From positions 97,712,001 to 97,776,000 of the forward strand of contig NC_073378.1 of assembly GCF_028641065.1 (NCBI RefSeq): a stretch of DNA of 64,000 nt. Direction: 5' to 3'. A model generated the notes under the pieces. It did not search any database, had not been told where the DNA came from, and saw nothing but the letters and a program-made list of their open reading frames with translations. Shown here piece after piece: positions 52,692 through 64,000 of this stretch (the first letter of the stretch is position 1; each line of letters starts with the position of its first letter). The position numbers and the translations under genes are program-made. This DNA is from Leucoraja erinacea (taxonomy: Eukaryota).

Positions 52692-53316
52692 AGGGTGGAG
52701 TGTGTGGGGAAGGGAGGTGGGGGAAGGGGGGTTGGGGGGAATAGGGGTAGGGGAAGAGAGGGGGTGAGGGAAGGGGGGTGTGGTTGGGGAGAGGTGTGTG
52801 GGTAGGGCGGGGTGGTTGCAGCAGACACAGCTCGCACTCTGCTCACCCCGCACCTTCAACTTTCGGCCTCACGCAGTAGCTCCCAGTCCCACTCCGGCTT
52901 CGCTCAGATGCTTACGCTGCAACTCAGCAGCTTCTGTCTCGTCGTGCTGGTCACCGCAGAAGCAGCCCGTGTGTTTCTCACTCTCTGCACGCTGCTCATC
53001 CCCGCCAGCTGCTCACTCTCTGCAAGCTGCTCTCTGCCCGCAAGCTACTCAACACACCTTCAGTTTTCAATTCTCCTCGCCGCTGTGATTGACAGCGGGT
53101 GCCGGAAGGGACGATTTTTACGATTTTTAAGCCTTCATAACTTTTGTACTATTTCACCGATCGGAAAACAAAACTTATTTTACTTGCAGCACAGGAGAAT
53201 GGTGAGTAAGGTGGTAAAAAATTGTAGCGCTATGGGGGATCATATTTGCGCAAATTTAAAAACATTGCAAACCGGAAGAGGACTAGATGAGAGCTTTAGT
53301 AATAGCATAGATAGAT
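52692..53316 (-). mobile_element. Helitron-like element 5' part, same family as 26215-
   Basis: Ends ...tttgcgcaaattt...gagagctttagtaatag(catagatagat); shares tttcaccgatcggaa with 26360-26375 in reverse complement. Confidence 0.5.
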
Positions 53317-53409
53317 TATTCAATCCAAGCTCATCCTCAAACTTGTGGAACTTGGAGTCTGTACTCATCTCTGCAACTGGATCCTGACTTCCTGACCAAC
53401 AAACCTTAG

Positions 53410-53900
53410 TCAGTGAGGATAGATGACAAATCATCCTTTATGATAATTCTCAACATTGGTGATCTGCAAGGATACGTTCTCATCCCCCTTCTTTACTCCT
53501 TGTACACTCACGACTGTGCAGCCATTTACAAACCAAATTTGTGGACGACACCACCATAGTGGGCCAGTTATCAAAGAATGACGAAATGGAGTAGAGGAAG
53601 GAGATTTATAACCTCGTGACCTGGTGTCAAGACAATAACCTGTCACAATATCAACAAGGCAAAGGAGATAGTGATCGGCTTCAGGAAGAGAAGCGGTTAT
53701 ACATATTATACATTGACTCCACTGATGTAGAGATGGTTGAAAGCTTCAAGTTCGAAGGAATAAATAAAAGTAGCAAGTTGTTTAAGAAGGAACTGCAGAT
53801 GCTGGAAAATCAAAGGTGGACAAAAAGCAGCAACTTGTCTTAGACTAGTCATATCTAAGCAATGGCCAAGAAAGCACATCACATCTCTACTTCCTTGCCT
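53410..53900 (+). mobile_element. Decayed Rex/Babar RT fragment
   Basis: QGYVLIPFLYSLYTHDC, KFVDDTTIVG, WCQDNNL. Confidence 0.7.
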
Positions 53901-54279
53901 CAAGAGGAGGCACTGGCAGTCTCAGTTTAATCCTGGTAATCTCAGATTTACCTTGGCCATTCAATTTTGCTGCTCGAAGAGGCGATTATTCTGGTGGCTC
54001 AGTCTTTGCGTACGTGCGTGTACAGTCCCTCATTCTCCGTGGGAAAGTAGAGGCACTGACATGTTGGCCACTCAGTCCGGGCCTCAGTAGAGGCAGTGGC
54101 TGTCTGGGGCTTCTTCTTGGCAGCACAGTCTTGACCACACGGTGGCGCTGGTGACCTTGGATTTGTTCCAATGGCTGTATCTTCTTCGGACCGGCAACAG
54201 GTGAAATTGCAAAATATGAGGTGCCGTTCCTCCAAATTGCGCTGGGCCTCAATCTGACAATGGAGGAGTGTCACCTGGC

Positions 54280-54934
54280 CACTGTCACCGGGCTGTCCTC
54301 GTCTAAATAAGCTGGCTTTAGGCAGCTGCTGGAGATGAACTCCTCCCTGCCACCCATGTCCAACGTGAAGTGGGAACCAGGACCAACGCGCGCACCTGCT
54401 TGCGAAGGTCAGCTAGCACTGCCGAAGCCGGGACCTCCTGACGGGTAAAAAATCCCCAGGTACCCACAAAACCGAGCCATGAACCAGCTCGGCCGAGGAG
54501 GCGTCGAGATCTTCCTTAGGCATAATTCTGATGCCTAAGTCAACCCAATCGGGGCCAGTGAGCTGGGCCTTCAACGCAGACTTAAGATGTTTGTGGAACT
54601 GCTCAACTAACCCATTTGCCTCCGGGTGATAGGCGGTGGTCTGGTGCAACTTTACGCCGTACAGCTGCGCCAAACCGCACCACGAGGAGAGGTAAACTGA
54701 GCACCACGGTCGGTGGCGATAGACGACGACCAGTTTCTTTGAATGTTTTTTATTAAGAACTCGTTCCTTGATCTACAGGTCTATACACATGCGACTGGCC
54801 ACAACGGTGGTCACACAAACAACTCCCACGCAAAAGTGAAACTGCGCGAAAAACCCCGACCCCTCCCGTGTCACATGCCCGCGGCTTCTGACCGCTGGGT
54901 TCGATACTGGCGTGCACCAGCAGGCGCTGCTACA
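54280..54934 (-). mobile_element. Internally deleted Gypsy LTR element: LTR piece (54720-54934) fused to an integrase remnant
   Basis: IATDRGAQFTS...LHQTTAYHPEANGLVEQFHKHLKSALKA...SSAELVHG; LTR starts TGTAGCAG with AATAAA. Confidence 0.8.
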
Positions 54935-55134
54935 CTATCACAGTTGTTTATTATGGTGTCCACTGAGTACAATGTTTGCAGACCTGTTATGCTGCTGCAA
55001 GTAAGAATTTAATTATTCCATTTCGGGAGGTGATGATGAATCTCTCTTGACTTGACTCTTGAGAATTAAGGGAGATCAATTAGCCTCTGTCCTTGGCTGG
55101 CACCTGCTGTGTGCATGTTACCTGCTATTCATTG

Positions 55135-56245
55135 TGTATGAAGGAATTGCAGATGCTGGTTTAAACCAGCTAACTACGCTTTGAATTTGGAGGAAGTGGG
55201 AGGAGTCAAATGAGAAGTTGTTGAAGGTGAGGAGGGAAATTGGATGGTTCTGTGGTCGAGGAAGAATCGGAGGGCTTTAAGGCCTTCCTGGTGGAGAATG
55301 GAGGTGTACAGTGACTGAACGTCCATACTAAAGATGAGGGAGTGGGGGCTCGGAAAGCGGAAATCATTAAAGAGACAAAGGGCATGTGAAGTATCTTGAA
55401 CTTAGGTCGGGAGAGATTGGATCAGATTAGATACTCCTTTGACTCCTCCCACTTCCTCCAAGTTCAAGGCATAGCTATGGGCACCCGCATGGGCCCCAGC
55501 CATGCCCGCCTCTTTGTTGGGATGTTGAACAATCCCTGTTCCAGGCGTAAACAGGCCCTATCCCCAAACTCTATCTCCGTTACATTAATGACCGCACGGT
55601 GCGACCTCCTGCACCCATGCAGAATTCATGGAGCTCATCAACTTCACCACCAATTTTCATCCTGCACTCAAATTTACTTGGGCCATCTGTATTTACTTGA
55701 CCTCCCTCCCCTTTCTTGATCTCTTATATATCAGCGAGACCAAATGCAGACTGGGAAATCGTTTTGTGGAACTTGTTTGCTCAGCCCGCGTGAACCAACC
55801 TGATCTCCCGGTTGTTGGACACTTTAATTCTCCTTCCCATTCCTACACAGATCTTTCTGTCCTTGGTCTCTTCCATGGTCAGAGTGAGGTTAAATGCAAA
55901 TTGGATGAACAGCATCTCATATTTAACTTGGGCAGCTGACAACCCAGTGGTATGAATATTGATTTACCTCACTTCAGGTAACCCTGGCATTCGTTCTCTC
56001 ATTATTCCTCCCTCACCCAATTCACATTAGCTTCTCATTTTCACCTATAAACAGCTAACAATGGCCTGTTTCCTTTATCATTACTTTTTGCATATCTTTA
56101 ATTCTTTGGTCTTTATCTCTCTACATCTACCGTCTATATCTCTCGTTTCCTTTATCCCTAACCAGTCTGAAGAAGGATCTCGACCCGAAACAGCACCCAT
56201 TCCTTCTCTCCAGAGAAGCTGCCTTACTCCAGCTTTTTGTGTCTA
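55135..56245 (+). mobile_element. Penelope-like element remnant (RT plus GIY-YIG endonuclease) with inverted 5' piece
   Basis: HFLQVQGIAMGTRMGPSHARLFVG; YISETKCRLGNRF...HFNSPSHS...KLDEQHLIFNLG; inverted RT piece MDVQSLYTSI at about 55300. Confidence 0.85.
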
Positions 56246-56821
56246 GCTGCTATTCATTGTTCCATTGTTATGTAGGGTTTCCGAATGAAGATTGGACTGT
56301 CATTCTTTGAGGGCCGACATTGCTTTAGGGAGCTTCTTCAATGATGTCCTGTGCCTTCACAATCTTCATCATTAGTGTAGGTATTGGAGTCTTTTCCATA
56401 TGAAACCCATTGACCTCAGATTTATGAGCTCCTTGATGTCAAACTTGGTCAAATATTGCCTCGATATGAGTGAGTCTTCTCACTCTGGAATTTGGTTCAT
56501 TGGACTATGTTCAGTTCAAAGCAGGATGAGATCTGGAGCTGGGTGGTCCTGATGAAAGCCAAACTGGGCAAAAGTAAGTTGGTTATTCTATTACTTTGAT
56601 GATGAATGACAGCAGAGACTGGATGGTAATTAACCAGGTTGGATTTGTCCCTCAATATTTGTGAAGAGGATGTACTAAGGTGATTTTCCATAATAAAAAC
56701 CGAAAATGGTGGAAACAATCAGCAATCAGGAAATGTCTCTGGTAGGAGCAACAGAGAGAGGGGGCAACAAAGAGAGCGAAGGAGAGCGCACAGAGGGAGA
56801 GCGTGCAGAAAGAGTGATTAT

Positions 56822-59800
56822 AAATAGTAAGATTAAACAAGAACTTACCACTTTGAGCTTTATTTTATGAGGAGTAACGTTGAGGGATTACGTGAAGACC
56901 CCGTCCAGTACGCATGCGTGTCAATCTTCAAAGCAGCGGTGTGAAATCACAGAAAACAGTTGTTGAACTGAACATAGTAAGATAAGAGAACCATAATACC
57001 TGTTGAAGTTTATGATAGAGGGCTGGGAGCGGAGGGCACGTAATCCCTCAACGTTACTCCTCATAAAATAAAGATCAAACTTCAAACTGGTAAGTTCTCG
57101 TTTAATCTTACTATTTTACTTCGGAGTCACGTGAGTGACTACGTGAAGATTTTAAAGCTTTGTGATTTCATGCCGTGGAACCGAGTCCAGGCGTCATACA
57201 CTGCATCAGAAGGCCAATGAACATTAAGAATGCATTCAGACATGACATAGATATAGACATGTTGATGCTATTAATGAATAATAGTGGCAATAGTAACCTC
57301 CCTCAACCTGGAGGAAGTATGAACCATACCTAACATAGAGTTGGCAAATACCCCTGATCTGGCAATAGGTTTATTGTGAATATTTGGACAGATCAATAGT
57401 TTGACCATCCTGCAACCGCTAGGATGTGGTCCATCCCTGCTGCTGAGGTATAGCGGTCCTGGTGGTGAGACTCAATGTCAATGTACACTCCTGTATATGC
57501 CTGATCCATATAGCCATCTGGAGAAGGTTCGTAGTGATTCCTTCTAACAAGATTTTATGTAACTAATAATATTGCTGTCAGTCTATAAAGCTCTTAGGAA
57601 CCTTGACATACTGGTGTAGATGCGTGATCACACGCAACCCAAGGTCCATGGGATATGCAACTCTAGTTTGGTCTTGTGTCCCTGTCTAATCTGCTTGATT
57701 AATCATAAACAAAACATGTTATTATAGCCCGCAGATATGATCATCCTATCCAGTGTTGCAATGACTGGACCCATAGCGCTGTACTCAGTGCCATGGCGTA
57801 ATCACTAGTACGTGAGTATGACCATGGGCTGGGATGTTGCTGGTGCCCATCGGTGAAGTGACGTAGTACAATGTTAACAACCCATGTCTCTGCGTCCCTA
57901 AACCTGGGAGGTTTTAAGCTGACGATACCTTCATTCTCTGGATATCAGGGTGAGACCGGACAGAGTGGTTTATGTACTCATCAACCAAATGATTAAGAGG
58001 TACTTAAGGCACAGTAATGGAATAGTACCTTCATGTTATAATCCCAGAAAACTGAATTTTAATGTGTCAGTCATCCGTGCCGAGTTAAACGTAAGGAAGC
58101 ATAAACAATGCTTCCCATCTCCTATGCAGATTGCTGCTATTTGGTGCTATCCCTGCAATCTGTAGTGAGCACTCTTAATGCTCATGGTTTGACAACCCAA
58201 GCCACAGAAAAGATCTCACAGAGTCTGTAAGTCTATGATTGATTATATCATGCAGAGGATGGTTTCAACATCACAACTGAACCAGCATCTTTTTATCCGG
58301 GATTAACCATGTAAGGTTCATTTTATGTTCATTCTTCGCCTCAGCAGGAGCCATAGGTGTATAACCCAGGCAGGCACTATGAAAACCCGGAAGCGGGAAT
58401 CTTGCTGAATTTTGCAAAACCCGTCTATTGAGGCCAAATGGAGGAAGACATAAAAGAACATTCCTTCGTAGTGAAGTGAGAATGCACCCTTCGCCACTGT
58501 ATGCCTCGTTCACTGTTGATTGAAACTGGATGCAAGCAACTCAATAGTTAGTGTTCTATCAATCCACATTGTCATTAAATACTTTGTGTTCACACATTCA
58601 TTCTGTGTTGTCATTGATTTTGCATAATAATACACCCGTGCCAAATGTGGTTTGGTAAAACTATCACCGGATACTTTGATTTGATTGTACCTTTGTGATT
58701 AACATATACCAACCAAATGTATCACCTTGGACTTGTGCATGCCGTATATGCATATCCACACACTCTTTAATGCCCAGAATGCACCTCGTGTCCATTGACA
58801 GTTAATATCATGATTGACCACTTGATAACTCATGCTAATCTCATCTGTCTCCGTAACTAGAGATAGTATTAGTAAATTACCCATCTTTGGGCAATAGCAT
58901 CAGTTGGAAATGACTGAAGATTTACGGATAAGAGGTTTTAGTGGAGCAAAGCTGTCCATCATTGTGACTTTGATTGTTTCAGCTAAAAATAGCAGAGGTC
59001 TAATTTTTTGTATCAGTGCTGATCCCAGGCCAATAAATGGATGATTGTATCCCAACAATCAATAGTTTCAGTTGGTATCGACTTAATTTAAATTTAACTG
59101 GACGGGTGAGAACCAATTCTTCAAATATAGCTATGTGGCTGATAAGGCTAATTTAGTAAAATACAGTATGTTCAATATCATCCAGATTGGCCATGCTACT
59201 TATTTGTTAGCTCTGTGCAGTTGAAGCACTGATAGTAGTGATTTGGTAAATAATCTGGAAACTGGAGTTAGCCCATTGTAATGCCACTGAGTGAATTGTT
59301 GCCTCATCCAGTTAAATTTCAAATATCTTCAACCCTGTGAGCGGAAATGATCACATGGAATTTATTCAGAAAAGTCTATATTGCACATGCGGGTTGAGGC
59401 TGTTGACAATGATCAGACCACATCCCATTCTTGTGAGCCTTGTCTTGAAAGGCAACTCCAACCATACCTGTGTGCAGTATAAACTAATCTAGTGTTATCC
59501 CAAACCAGTGTAAATATTCAAACCAGTTTAATATTACCAACTTGTATCCGTGAGTGGAGACATCATCAATGAGGTTCCATACCTTTATCCGAATGGGAGG
59601 ACTTATGCAACCCGACCAGGAGCTGCCTCAAACATGTGTGCATGATTTTACATCTGCGCCTGGGAGGTAGAGGAGCTCGCGTACGAGGTTGGCGCATCTT
59701 CCAACGAAGGCCTGGTTGTACGGCCTTCAAGCTTTCACCAGCTTCAGTTCATCGTGGTTTGCTGGTGGGTGTGTAGGGGTGCTGCCGTCAAAGATGTGAG

Positions 59801-61404
59801 GTCTTGTGTGATGATGTGGCCTTCCTGAACCCGACGGCCACTCGTCGAGCTCCTGGTAGTGTTGTTCCTGCACCCCCTGCACACTTGTGGTTTCTTCAGC
59901 CAAACCCCTGTCTTCAGAGTCAGCCCAGAAGTGACTCCTAATGCACCCCTCTGTCGAGGGAGTTGCATTATGCAGCCCTCAATAAGGTGCTGCTATGGGC
60001 GTCCCAGGACCCCCTGGTGACTAGGCTCCATATATCGGAGCATGTCACATTGGAGCTTCTGATCCATCAACCGCTCCATGCGGGATATGCGATCACAGTT
60101 GCTCCCGCCGGCGTCCATTCCTGTAACATATTCTCACAAAATAGCACACAACGACCTTCGAGTAAGGAATTTACCTGCATGTCCTTTTAAAACTTTCTGC
60201 TGCGGGGCAACACTCCTCCCGAGCCTGGTCTCGTGGTCGTGGTTTGTTACAGGTGGGGTTCCTCTGTGGTCCTTGTAGAAACACTCCATTGTGGGTTATT
60301 TCTCCCCCCCCAGCTTTTTCTCCGCGGCCCCTTATAACAGGGCTTCTCCATGGTGTTCTCCAGCTGGGGCTTTTTTTTCCCCCCCCCCCCCCCCCCCCCC
60401 CCTCCCCTCTGAGTATCCCCGCAGTAACTGCAGCCGGGATATCCCCGCGGTCTCTATCAAAGGGATATCCGTGATTAGTGTTCGGCTGGCGACCGGAAGG
60501 TAGCCGGTTCGAATCCCGCTGGAGTGCATACTGTCGTTGTGTCCTTGGGGCAAGACACTTCACCCACCTTTGCCTGTGTGTAAATGTAATGTAATTATGT
60601 GAAACACTTTGGGGTCAATGCAAGTTGACTGAAAATGTGCTATATAAATAAGATTATTATTATTATTATTATTTACTAAGTCAGAAGGGGGGTTTATCCT
60701 GCTTCGGTGGGGGGTATATGAAGCTGCTGGTTTAACTCCTAGCGGCACAGTACTTACTGCCGTCTGCCCCTCGCATCCCGCAGTCTACGGAGCGGGTTCT
60801 CAGGTCGCTCCCCGTATTCCACGGTCTCCGGAGCGGCTGTCCAGGTGCCCCCGGCACCAATATGAAGCCACTGGCTCCACAGCCAGTGGCTCGAGGGCGA
60901 ATCTGCCGCCTTCCGCTCCCTGTTTCCCGCAGTCTCCAGAGCGGCTGTCCCGGTGCCCCCGACACCAATATGAAGCTGCTGGCTCCACAGCTAGCGGCTC
61001 GAGGGTGAATCCGCCGCCGTCCGCTCCCCGCGTCCCTTGGTCTCCGGAGCGGGTTCTCCACCAATATGAAGCTGCTGGTTTTACTGCCTGCGGCTCAAAG
61101 GTGAATTTACCGCCGCTTGCTACCCGCATAGGTCCGTGAGCGGGATTCCCCGTGACCGGGGTTCCCTGAAGTCCGAGACTGGGGTTTCCCCTCCCTCCCG
61201 ACTTAGCCCCGGTCTTTGAGCAGGACCCCCTGCAAGAAGATTTTAAAACCTGAAAGTATTTTTAAAAACTTACCTCAGGTCTGTTGCTGGCAGGAAAATC
61301 ACATTTCCCTGCCAGTCGTCACGCAATGCGATAGACGATATGACACGCATGTGTACCGGACGGGGTCTTCACGTAGTCACTCACGTGACTCCGAAGTAAA
61401 ATAG
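56822..61404 (-). mobile_element. DIRS tyrosine-recombinase retrotransposon, full terminal structure, decayed ORFs
   Basis: ITRs 56890-56923 / 61341-61374; ICR 57037-57149 complementary to both outer ends; YR remnant ...TSAA...DHILAVAGWSN...NKPI at about 57365-57470; ~115-bp tandem units at 60790-61130. Confidence 0.85.
60470..60672 (+). mobile_element. tRNA-derived SINE with L2-type tail inserted in the DIRS element
   Basis: B-box ggttcgaatcc, gtccttggggcaagacacttcaccc core, tgctatataaataag(att)n tail. Confidence 0.75.
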
Positions 61405-62363
61405 AAATTTTAATTGCAATGTTGCCATGCTGAGAATTGAATAGGTTTGGGATTCTGGTCTGGGTTTCTGTATTCTTAGTTGTTAAATTTTGTTGTTGTT
61501 GGAATAAGTACTTCAGTAATAATGTTTTAAATTTGTGCTGCTGATCACTAGTATATGGTCTCTTATTCTCATCTAGGTACATTTTAGACATACTCAGTTT
61601 TCTGGTTAAAGTCTGAAAATGATTGCATTTAGTCCTATTAAAGGAAATACTTGGAATAAGATCTACTCATTTATTTTTTTTATTTTCAATTATATTGTAC
61701 AGGAGTGCTTTCTGTAGCAGATGTGCAAAATCTTTACCAGATGACAGTCATTTAAAAATTGCTGTTTTTAGGACCAGTTGGACAATTCTAGTATCGATGT
61801 GTGTCCTGCCTCACCTCTGTTCCAGCTTTTGTTGCAAATTAATTTTCTACTATAAATTAACTCTATAACTCTTTCCAGTTCCTAAAACTATTCATTATTA
61901 TAATATTTCTTGCTACCAAATTTGAAAATACATTAATCTTGAAGGCATTTGTAATGTTATTTAAATGTGGTGATTAGGTTAAATTTATCATTTTTTTTAA
62001 ACTTAATTTTTTTTATTCCAGACTTATAACAGGCAACTTTTGAGAGACATGAACCATCCAGAAATTGAATTAAGATAACTTTAAATCTTTCTCGGGTCTT
62101 TGACATGCCAGAAAATAAAGTTTTTCAGCATGTTGGTCTAGGTCTGCATTGAAATAAGTCAGAGAGATTAAAACCCATTCCACCCCAGGACTGTTTCTTT
62201 TCCTCAGAAAGACGGGATGACTACTGTACAGTGATAATAAGCGGACAAGTGCCGGGTCACTGCCACCAAGCTTTACTGCACCAGTTTTGTTTGTGCAGAA
62301 CTAAGGAAAGCTGTGAGTGTGACTTGAATGTCTCCCCTGGGTATTTGCAAATGCAGTAGTTAC

Positions 62364-62433
62364 GTTTCGATTTCCTCCTCGACACATGTGCCAAGGAAGT
62401 TAATTGTGTATCGCATCCTGTCTCACCCAAAAG
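62364..62433 (-). CDS. Possible further upstream exon of the unidentified gene (LLGETGCDTQLTSLAHVSRRKSK)
   Basis: tttttgttttaaatccag acceptor, 70 bp phase 0-1, gtaact donor; phase fits but donor is weak and the peptide unconvincing. Confidence 0.2.
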
Positions 62434-63189
62434 CTGGATTTAAAACAAAAACTGAGCAGCGTCATCTCAATGGGAGAAGTCGGAAGTTGTTGCCATGTTG
62501 GATGCTAGAGTTTTATGTGACTGCTTTACAATATGTTTTTGGAATGAAGTTAATTATATTTGCCATATAAGTTTTTTCTTTTTGAACCTGTTGCTGTGAA
62601 GCAACTTCATCTTTTAAAACACTTAAAAAAGAATAGGTATTCACGCAACAAACATCGCAGGATATTTTAGGCTTTTTAAGTTATTTTTACAATTTAGCGC
62701 AATGCAACAGTCAATTTACATACAGGAAGATTCTTCAAGCAGCATTGAGATAAATTAAAAGACCAGAAGCATCAATAATATTGTCTGATCAATACGTTTT
62801 GGATTAAATGCTGGAATATCTCCTTTTTTGGTCGCAAGGGATATTTAATATCTACTTAAGATAATGGAAGGGGCCTGGATTTAACTCCCATCTGTTCTTA
62901 CTTTCATGCACCAAATACAGTTATGGTGTCAGCTCACTCTTGCACTGCTGCTAAAATTCTGTTTTCAATAGAAACAGTTTTGGAAATGAATCCAACACAA
63001 CTGCCATTGCAATTAGCTCATGTGATAGACGACCAAGTTTCAGCGCTTTAGCGTTGAAACAGGCTACCATTACTAAAGTGAAGTCAAAGACGGCTCGGTC
63101 ACATGAGTGCCACCACTACGTAAGCCTAACAGTACTACAAAGTATGCTTCCTATTAGCAGCTTATTATTTGTATATGTGGTTATTCACT

Positions 63190-63700
63190 TTAGACCATAG
63201 AACAGTACAGCACGGAACAGGATGAACAGGATGCCAGGAACAACTCTTATCTGCCTGCACATAACCCATTTCCCTCAATTATCTCCATATCCATGCGCCT
63301 TTCCAAAAATCTCTTAAATGCAGTATCATTTCTGCCTCAACCACCACCCTTGGAACCACTCGCGTCCCAGGTACTCACCACTCTCTGTGCAAAAAATTTG
63401 TTTGGCACATCTCCACTGAGATTTGCTCCTCTCATCTTAAACCTGTGCCCTCTAGTATTTGATATTTCCATCCTGGGAAAAAGGTTCTGACTGTACCCTA
63501 TCTACGCCTTTCATAATTTTATATACTTACAAGGATACAAAGGACATTTATTATCACATACACCAATTGGTGTAGTGAAATTTGACTTCCATCAGGTCGT
63601 CCGCGACCTCCGGCATTCCAGAGATAACAATCTTTCCATACTTTCCCTATCACTGATACAACATAATCAAAGCATAATTATGGTAAATTTTATTCTGGTA
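63190..63700 (-). mobile_element. Old CR1 3' end
   Basis: catagaacagtacagcacggaacagg tail; reverse-strand RGHRFKMRG...FFAQRVVSTWD. Confidence 0.75.
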
Positions 63701-64000
63701 ATTTTATAAATTGCATTGAAATCTGCATTGAAAGATATATAGGGCAGTTTCAGGTTTGAAGGGGATGTGGCTGCATGGCTCACTCGAACCAAATAGCTAC
63801 AAATGGCCCCTTGTTAAATTAATTACTAATTAACCCACATTTATTTGAAAAAAAATCTTGTTTTAGCAAACAATCTGCTGCAGAAACTTGGCGGGTCGAG
63901 CAGCATTGGACAAATCCTTTTCTCTGCATCGATGCTGCCTTACCTCTCGATTTCTCCAGCAGATTGGTATTTTTTCTAGATTCCAGCATTTGCCATCTCT

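Noticed and set aside
62208-62312. Plus-strand 105-bp cag/gtgagt exon candidate (RRDDYCTVIISGQVPG...)
   Set aside because: Isolated, with no partner exons or recognisable homology.

Overview
Eukaryotic, repeat-rich vertebrate DNA. The HE1/V-SINE, CR1, Rex/Babar, Penelope and DIRS complement points to a cartilaginous fish, probably a skate or ray (inference). There are no long intact genes; most ORF-track entries are repeat fragments or noise. Host-gene content: (1) the last coding exon of CRPPA/ISPD on + (7343-7447); (2) a convergent gene on - that I cannot name, rebuilt from four phase-compatible exons (50702-50630, 44668-44560, 24812-24723, 13177-13133, plus AATAAA at 12935-12940), encoding a Trp-rich ~105-aa C-terminus. 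Most striking mobile feature: a ~1.6-kb hAT-type element (13826-15404) carrying a captured, disabled TDP2-like exon 1 with Kozak ATG and mutated splice donor. Also present: a DIRS element with intact ITR/ICR ends but decayed ORFs, a perfect 58-bp inverted repeat, several MITEs, Helitron-like elements with an internal satellite, and a 155-N assembly gap. Repeat boundaries are approximate and family names come from recalled motifs, not database searches.
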